DNA of 64,000 nucleotides from a virus. Lineage: Duplodnaviria > Caudoviricetes. The notes below the pieces were generated by a model. The model made no database searches, was not told where the DNA came from, and worked only from the letters and a program-made list of their open reading frames with translations. This document shows, one piece after another, positions 58,470-64,000 of this stretch. The translations under genes and the position numbers were made by a program. Numbering within the stretch: the stretch's first letter is position 1; each line of letters starts with the position of its first letter. The stretch spans positions 64,001 to 128,000 of the IMG/VR virus record IMGVR_UViG_3300037721_000031; one strand, given 5' to 3'.

Positions 58470-59531
58470 ATGCAAAATGCTGAAGAACAGTTACTTAAAC
58501 AGTTACTCGCTTCCAAAGTACAAGATTCCTCAGAAATAGAACACCATTTATTCGAATTGTGCAATCTTAATTGCTCCTTCTGCGGACAGGATCATGATTC
58601 GAAAGAAGGTATTGATACAATCTTAGAGAAAGCTCATCAGACTGTGGAGTTCATGCGTAACTCTCCATTGAAGAGCCATACAGTCAATGTGATGGGTGGC
58701 GAGATCTTTAATGATTTGGTACCAGATTCTGTATTTGATGACTATTATGCTTTTTATAAAGTTATTAATGACTATGCAGTTTCAAACGACCTTACAGTTA
58801 GAATTAACTTTGTAACCAATTTAATATTTTCTAAGAATACTTCTAGTGTTCAGAAATTACTTGAGATATGTGGTGACAATGTTTGGATTTCTACGTCTTA
58901 CGACTTTGCTGGTAGGGGGCTTGATATAAATCGCATGATGATGTTCAAACGTAATCTAGAGATCTTTAAGCCTCGTATCGGAGTAGTTGGTTTTGTACTG
59001 GCTAAGCCATCTATTCGTAAGTTGATTGCTGATAAAGATAAGTTCTTTAAAGAAGTTCTATACGCTAACTACCCGTTGTACTTTGATTGGTATGTACCTG
59101 AAAATAGTGCAGATAAGATGATGCCTTCAGAGCAAGAGATGCTTGACGGTCTTCTATTCGTTGCTGATCGTTATCCTAAGATAGAGCCAGTTAGAAGCAT
59201 GTTAGAAAATGAAGAAAATAAGATGACATGCTTTTCACTTAATAAGACAACTATCTTACCAGATGGTCGTGAAGTTAAGTGTAGGTATATGGAGTATGAA
59301 GCTGAACAGTTTGAGACTCCAATCGATTATTCTACTAATAGTGGAATCATCAATGCGCATCTCGAACGTAATGAATGTTTTAGTTGCGAGTGGTATAAAA
59401 GGTGTCCATTAGTATGCTTCGTACAATCAGACTGGACAAAAAGAGAAAGACTACCTGTCTGTTTTATGAAAACATTCTTTAACACAGCAGTCGGAAAAAA
59501 TAATGCCACCAACGATACAGATGAAAGATAA
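58470..59531 (+). CDS. Radical SAM enzyme 4
   Basis: CNLNCSFC, MGGEIF, VTNL, STSYD; C-terminal CFSCEWYKRCPLVC. Confidence 0.92.
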   Translation: MQNAEEQLLKQLLASKVQDSSEIEHHLFELCNLNCSFCGQDHDSKEGIDTILEKAHQTVEFMRNSPLKSHTVNVMGGEIFNDLVPDSVFDDYYAFYKVINDYAVSNDLTVRINFVTNLIFSKNTSSVQKLLEICGDNVWISTSYDFAGRGLDINRMMMFKRNLEIFKPRIGVVGFVLAKPSIRKLIADKDKFFKEVLYANYPLYFDWYVPENSADKMMPSEQEMLDGLLFVADRYPKIEPVRSMLENEENKMTCFSLNKTTILPDGREVKCRYMEYEAEQFETPIDYSTNSGIINAHLERNECFSCEWYKRCPLVCFVQSDWTKRERLPVCFMKTFFNTAVGKNNATNDTDER

Positions 59532-60270
59532 AAGATTCGGTAGATTAACAGTTATTGATAATGGTACAAGGTTACCTAACCGTACTCGTGTTTATGAGTG
59601 TCTATGTGAGTGCGGAGTTGTTAAAAAAGTAGACGGTGGTAATCTGAGGCATGGAGTAATAAAAAGTTGCGGATGCTTACGTCGTGAGATTGTTAGTCAA
59701 AGCAATAACAATCTCACTCACGGGATGCGCTATACACCGGAATATCAAGCTTGGATTAACATGCGTAGACGATGTGATGCGGGTCCAGATACGAGGGAGT
59801 ATGCGTATTACGGTGCTAAAGGGATTACTGTTTGCGAAAGATGGCTGAACAGCTTCGAAGCTTTTTATGAAGATATGGGTCCTAGACCATCGCCAGACCA
59901 TTCTATCGATAGAAGAGAAAATGATAAAGGCTACTACAAAAATAATTGTAGATGGGCTACCTGGGAAGAGCAGCAGAATAACAGAAGTAATAATTCAGTT
60001 AATACTGTTGATGGAGTTGTATATTCCTCTATTGCAAAGCTGGCTCGTGAAAAAAATATATCAGAAGCTACTGTAAAAGCAAGAATCTATAAACAAAATA
60101 TGTCTGTAGAAGAAGCTGTTTCTAAAGGAACAAATCGCTATTCACTTATGGTAAACGGTGAAAGTAAATCTGTTAATGAGTTAAGTGAAATAACAAATAA
60201 AACATCTGCTACAATTCGATATCATCTTAGAAGAGGTAGGACTGTAGAAGACATACTTAAAGATAGGTAG
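59503..60270 (+). CDS. Free-standing HNH homing endonuclease overlapping the rSAM-4 3' end
   Basis: RFGRLTVI, CLCECG, SCGC, YGAKGITVCERW, HSIDRRENDKGYYKNNCRWAT; C-terminal HTH repeats. Confidence 0.88.
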   Translation: MPPTIQMKDKRFGRLTVIDNGTRLPNRTRVYECLCECGVVKKVDGGNLRHGVIKSCGCLRREIVSQSNNNLTHGMRYTPEYQAWINMRRRCDAGPDTREYAYYGAKGITVCERWLNSFEAFYEDMGPRPSPDHSIDRRENDKGYYKNNCRWATWEEQQNNRSNNSVNTVDGVVYSSIAKLAREKNISEATVKARIYKQNMSVEEAVSKGTNRYSLMVNGESKSVNELSEITNKTSATIRYHLRRGRTVEDILKDR

Positions 60271-60387
60271 CTTAGATGTTTCGTGAATGCAGATTGGACA
60301 AAGCTAGAGAGACTACCAACTTGCTTTTTAAAGACATTTTTTAATGAAACAGTTGGAAAGAAGAATCATGTTCAGACGACTACTTGA
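60271..60387 (+). pseudogene. Orphan diverged duplicate of the rSAM-4 3' end
   Basis: Translates LRCFVNADWTKLERLPTCFLKTFFNETVGKKNHVQTTT*, versus the rSAM-4 tail LVCFVQSDWTKRERLPVCFMKTFFNTAVGKNNAT... Confidence 0.9.
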
Positions 60388-60526
60388 TGTGTTTATGAAA
60401 GTTACCGGTAATAGTCAATATGGCTGGTGGGCTAAGTATTTATGGGAGGATAAATATGTTTGGTCAGCCACTAAAGAGGCAGCTATACTTGGCTGTCGTC
60501 AAAGAGCAATGGAGAGTAAGAAATGA
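60368..60526 (+). CDS. Small hypothetical protein (52 aa)
   Basis: ATG at 60368 after GGAAAGAAGAATC; MFRRLLDVFMKVTGNSQYGWW...; overlaps the next gene (ATGA). Confidence 0.5.
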   Translation: MFRRLLDVFMKVTGNSQYGWWAKYLWEDKYVWSATKEAAILGCRQRAMESKK

Positions 60527-60849
60527 TTAAAACATTTACTCTGTTCTTTATAACTGCTTACTTTGAGATTCTTGGCTGTTACTCAGTATTGCAATATGTC
60601 AAAACATTTCGGCAAAGTGGCTCCTCTGCCATAGCTCTTATTACTGCAATTATATCTCTCAGTATATTTGCGTGGCTACTTACATTACACCCAACAGAAT
60701 CTGGGAGAGTGTATGCTGCTTATGGCGGCGTATATGTACTTACATCTCTTTTATGGTTGTGGCTTATTGATGGAGTTCATCCGACTGTATCGGATATCTC
60801 AGGAGTAGTGTTAATATTACTAGGCTCACTATTGATAATGAAGCAATAA
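60523..60849 (+). CDS. ynfA: YnfA/UPF0060 family small membrane protein (SMR-like)
   Basis: FEILGCY, LTLHP..SGRVYAAYGGVYV..SLLWLWLIDGVHP; four hydrophobic helices. Confidence 0.88.
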   Translation: MIKTFTLFFITAYFEILGCYSVLQYVKTFRQSGSSAIALITAIISLSIFAWLLTLHPTESGRVYAAYGGVYVLTSLLWLWLIDGVHPTVSDISGVVLILLGSLLIMKQ

Positions 60850-60867
60850 CCTCTCTGGAGAACTATC

Positions 60868-61113
60868 TTGACTTTTGAAGAACTGTTAGAATTGCGTAGA
60901 ACACAAGGTCCAGAAGCTGCAAATGAAGTTTTAAAGACAATGTCTCTAGAACAGATGAGGGACATTACCATTGAAGCTAATAAACAAATTATAAATTTGG
61001 CTAACTTATTTGTTGCGACTTATATGGATTATGCTGTTGAAGCGAACCTACCATCTGCACAAAAAGCAAAACAAGATGTAGATTTTCTCATTAAAAAGGT
61101 AAATGGGAAATGA
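60868..61113 (+). CDS. Hypothetical protein
   Basis: 81 aa, TTG start after GGAG. Confidence 0.6.
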   Translation: MTFEELLELRRTQGPEAANEVLKTMSLEQMRDITIEANKQIINLANLFVATYMDYAVEANLPSAQKAKQDVDFLIKKVNGK

Positions 61114-61553
61114 AGTACGTCGTAGGTCTTTTATTCAGTAAGAAATTGGATCAAGTTCTACTTTTAAAAAAGGTAAAAGGTCCAGAAGGCGTTGTAGGTA
61201 AGTGGAACGGTCATGGTGGTAAAATTGAGCCAACGGAATATGCACTAGATGCTATTGTAAGAGAAACAATTGAAGAGACTGGATTAGTTATACCTGCAAA
61301 AGACTGGTTACTATTTCATCACTTTATTCGAGCCGATGGTAATGAAGTTTATTTCTATACATCTACTATACCAGATAGTCAAACGTACAGTCAGATAGAA
61401 GAAGAAACTATTGAACTAAAATATGTTAATGATGTCATACTGTCTTTTCTTGGAGACGGTAGTTTAAACAATCCACATGTTTATAACTTGTCATACCTTA
61501 TTCCGATGGCGTTGTCTTATTGTAAGTTTCCACAGTTTCGTTACGCTGAGTAA
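61110..61553 (+). CDS. Nudix hydrolase (MutT-like)
   Basis: GKWNGHGGKIEPTEYALDAIVRETIEETGL Nudix box. Confidence 0.9.
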   Translation: MKYVVGLLFSKKLDQVLLLKKVKGPEGVVGKWNGHGGKIEPTEYALDAIVRETIEETGLVIPAKDWLLFHHFIRADGNEVYFYTSTIPDSQTYSQIEEETIELKYVNDVILSFLGDGSLNNPHVYNLSYLIPMALSYCKFPQFRYAE

Positions 61554-61560
61554 ATCAGCT

Positions 61561-61737
61561 TCATTAAATAATGCGAATAGAGAGCTTTTATTATTTTATA
61601 ATAATAAAAATTGGACAGTTGGTGATCTATCTAAAGAATTTGGTATTAAGTATTAGACACTCTACGACCGTATCTTTACTAAAAGATGGAGTGCTGATAA
61701 GTCCATTAATACACCTGTTAATGTTAGGAGTACATAA
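61561..61737 (+). pseudogene. Remnant of an HNH endonuclease C-terminal HTH domain with an internal stop
   Basis: Frame from 61561: SLNNANRELLLFYNNKNWTVGDLSKEFGIKY*TLYDRIFTKRWSADKSINTPVNVRST*; TAG at 61654-61656. Confidence 0.65.
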
Positions 61738-62814
61738 ATGGATCTCATCCTGAAACCAACTTCCGCTTGCAATTTTCGCTGCACGTTTTGCAGTTCAACA
61801 GTTTTAAGTGAAAATGATTCGGATGTACTGGATCTATCTTACGTACGAGAGTTTCTCGTACGTTTCCCAAATACACGAACCATCATAGTCAATGGTGGTG
61901 ATCCGCTAATGATGAGACCAGAGTACTATTGGGAGATTATCAGTATACTTGAAGAACTGGGGCTGAAAGATACCACGATATCACTTACAACTAATCTATG
62001 GGCATTCTACAAAAAGCCTGAGATGTGGCAGGATCTTTTCAAACATCCTCAAGTTGGAGTAGCAACAAGTTTCCAGTATGGTAATGCACGCTTGAAAGGT
62101 GACTATAAGCCTTATACAGAAGAAGAGTTCTGGAAAGTATCTGATTTGTTTTTAGAACGTATTGGATACAGGCCTAGTTTCATTGCGGTCATTACAAAAG
62201 AAAACGAAGACTCAGCAATACAGACTGTTGAATTGGCTAAGAAGATGGGTGTAGTGTGTAAGGTCAATTATGCAGTAGCTTCTGGCCCTAAGAAAACCAC
62301 ATTCAAAGGTATCACAATTGGTAATGCTGGTAGTACGTATGTGCTGTCTGACATTTACGAAATGTATATCAAGATCCATGAAGCAGGATTGACGCAGTGG
62401 GAACATAACACTTCACAAATGGCTGTACGTTTGCGTGGTGAGAACACTACATGCCCACAAGCTCGTGATTGCGACAGCGCTATTAGAACTTTACAGCCTG
62501 GAGGTAAATACTACTCCTGTGGGGCTTTTGGTGATGATGGTCTGTACCCCATCGACTTTAAAAAAGAAATGACTGGAGAGCTCGCTAGGCCCCTGCAAAC
62601 GCATGAGCTAATGTCATTGAAAACTGCGTGCTTCGAATGCCCGATGTTTGATATCTGTAATGGGTGTAGGAAAACTACTCACGATTTGAAGACACTAGGT
62701 TTAGTAGAAACACATTGCAAGAAAATGAAGACTCTTGCATCCAAGATCATTGAGATCAACGGTATGTCTGATGTGCTTAAACCTACTCCTTACATTAAGG
62801 AATATGAAGAATGA
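61738..62814 (+). CDS. Radical SAM/SPASM enzyme 5
   Basis: CNFRCTFC, NGGDPL, TTNL; CPQARDC, YSCG, CFECPMFDICNGC. Confidence 0.93.
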   Translation: MDLILKPTSACNFRCTFCSSTVLSENDSDVLDLSYVREFLVRFPNTRTIIVNGGDPLMMRPEYYWEIISILEELGLKDTTISLTTNLWAFYKKPEMWQDLFKHPQVGVATSFQYGNARLKGDYKPYTEEEFWKVSDLFLERIGYRPSFIAVITKENEDSAIQTVELAKKMGVVCKVNYAVASGPKKTTFKGITIGNAGSTYVLSDIYEMYIKIHEAGLTQWEHNTSQMAVRLRGENTTCPQARDCDSAIRTLQPGGKYYSCGAFGDDGLYPIDFKKEMTGELARPLQTHELMSLKTACFECPMFDICNGCRKTTHDLKTLGLVETHCKKMKTLASKIIEINGMSDVLKPTPYIKEYEE

Positions 62815-63866
62815 GCTACAGTAACTCAGTATCTCTTATACTTGAAGGGAGTCAGGGTTGCCAAATGAATTGTACTGGGTGCCGTATAAACAAAGCATCG
62901 TCATACTTTCCTTCTGAAAGAGAACAGTACGATATAGACGCATTCCTAGACAGTGTTGTAGCTGATGGTTTAGAGCTGGATGAGGTGGAGCTTGGACCTA
63001 CTGATTTATTGTCTGCAAGTAATCGAGTAGAGTTTTTTAGTCCCTATTTGAAGGTATTAATTGAGCGCTTTAAACTAGCAGCTTTTCAAGTATCTCTTAT
63101 TCATCCGAGAGAATCTGTGGAAGGTTTTGTAGCTGATATTAACAAAGTAGCTAACTCAAATTCTAAGATTAATCTTACAACACCGCTTGAAGTGAAGCAT
63201 GTCTTTAATGATAAGTATATTCAGCGTATTAAAGATAATGTTGAAATTATTCGGCAAGGCTCTATTTCTCGTGTAGATGAAGTGGTCTTGAGTGTCGTCT
63301 TCGATATTGATATACTGTCTAATATTGGTTCTAAATATAACTACGAAGAACTCTTTTGCAGAGTGCGTAACTTATCTATAGGTCCTGACACATTAGTAGA
63401 TTTTGTTTTTCATCACGGTCGTGGTGATCTAACTGATCCTGTCGTAGGTAAGAACTTTATAAAATCATTTAAAGAAGTAAATCGCTTCTTTACTAATGAT
63501 TTTGAACGTAATGCAGATATGCCTACAGTAAGAAAAATGCCTTCTCAGCTAGTGGTGCCAAATGACCGTCCAGTGGAAGTTGTTTGGAGAGCAGGTAAGT
63601 TATTCATCAGACCAATCTTAAATGAAGGTTTTGTAATTGAAGACTCTCGTTTTGAGATTTCTAAGCCTTGGGATGCATCGACATATCGTACAAAGTTGAT
63701 TGAAGACATAACTCGCAATCTGGAATATTCGGAACAGATAGATGATTGTCAAAGCTGTCAACACGTGATGCTGTGTGCCTCACGTTCCATGCATGACGTA
63801 TTACAAATGGTTGGTAGTAAGCATTGTTTCTACTTGCTTAAAGACTATAAACCAATTGAATTGTAA
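62811..63866 (+). CDS. Radical SAM enzyme 6 (divergent, GPTD type)
   Basis: GCQMNCTGC, ELGPTDLL, C-terminal CQSCQHVMLC; paralogue of enzyme 3. Confidence 0.85.
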   Translation: MSYSNSVSLILEGSQGCQMNCTGCRINKASSYFPSEREQYDIDAFLDSVVADGLELDEVELGPTDLLSASNRVEFFSPYLKVLIERFKLAAFQVSLIHPRESVEGFVADINKVANSNSKINLTTPLEVKHVFNDKYIQRIKDNVEIIRQGSISRVDEVVLSVVFDIDILSNIGSKYNYEELFCRVRNLSIGPDTLVDFVFHHGRGDLTDPVVGKNFIKSFKEVNRFFTNDFERNADMPTVRKMPSQLVVPNDRPVEVVWRAGKLFIRPILNEGFVIEDSRFEISKPWDASTYRTKLIEDITRNLEYSEQIDDCQSCQHVMLCASRSMHDVLQMVGSKHCFYLLKDYKPIEL

Positions 63867-63913
63867 AGTAACAATATCTACGTTTCAATTCTACTGTTGA
63901 ATGGAGAAAAAAT

Positions 63914-64000
63914 ATGGCATTCAACGAGAAGGCTGCTGCATTAATTTTCGAAGTCACTCATGGTTGTCAGTATAGCTGTACAGGCTGTACTGTAAATAAA
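63914..64000 (+). CDS. Radical SAM enzyme 7, N-terminal fragment cut by the window end; missing from the ORF track
   Basis: ATG at 63914 after GGAG: MAFNEKAAALIFEVTHGCQYSCTGCTVNK, containing CxxxCxxC. Confidence 0.8.
   Translation, partial: MAFNEKAAALIFEVTHGCQYSCTGCTVNK

Noticed and set aside
59503-60270. A group I intron around this HNH
   Set aside because: No P/Q/R/S elements found nearby; the rSAM gene has its own complete end and the downstream copy is a duplicate, not a continuation
61654-61656. In-frame TAG as evidence of stop-codon reassignment (genetic code 15)
   Set aside because: Long conserved genes end properly at TAG (for example 22345, 24420, 60270) and core genes are not fragmented under the standard code
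61571-61753. 60-aa ORF MRIESFYY...
   Set aside because: No recognisable features, while the overlapping frame gives a convincing HNH C-terminal remnant
1-64000. tRNA, rRNA or riboswitch genes
   Set aside because: No cloverleaf or known aptamer recognised by eye; intergenic gaps are short. tRNAscan-SE and Infernal were not run, so this is not exhaustive.

Overview
This window is a 64 kb segment of a phiKZ-like jumbo phage (Chimalliviridae-type gene set). The assignment rests on split virion RNA polymerase subunits (beta'-N with the GADFDGD catalytic motif, beta-N, beta-C and a probable beta'-C), a prohead protease, a 2279-aa tail lytic transglycosylase, a UvsX/RecA-like recombinase, SbcC, RNase H, a baseplate spike, a probable spanin pair and two His-repeat tail fibres. 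phiKZ/SPN3US gene numbers below are recalled from family knowledge, not from a database search. The vRNAP beta-N gene is split by a group I intron (9096-10494, minus strand) that carries an HNH endonuclease. The most unusual region follows the tail fibres (52083 to the window end). It holds a JmjC/cupin oxygenase, at least seven radical SAM genes (the last truncated by the window edge), a 191-aa protein ending in CHSSCHSNCHGSRGRR that looks like a modification substrate, two unknown proteins, a YnfA-type membrane protein and a Nudix hydrolase. One HNH gene in this cluster is followed by a diverged second copy of the 3' end of the radical SAM gene it overlaps, and a decayed HNH remnant lies further downstream. 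Also notable are a MazG-SLOG fusion, tandem paralogue arrays behind an early-type promoter, and a family of hairpins with conserved CATAAA...TTTATG bases. No tRNA, rRNA or CRISPR array was recognised.
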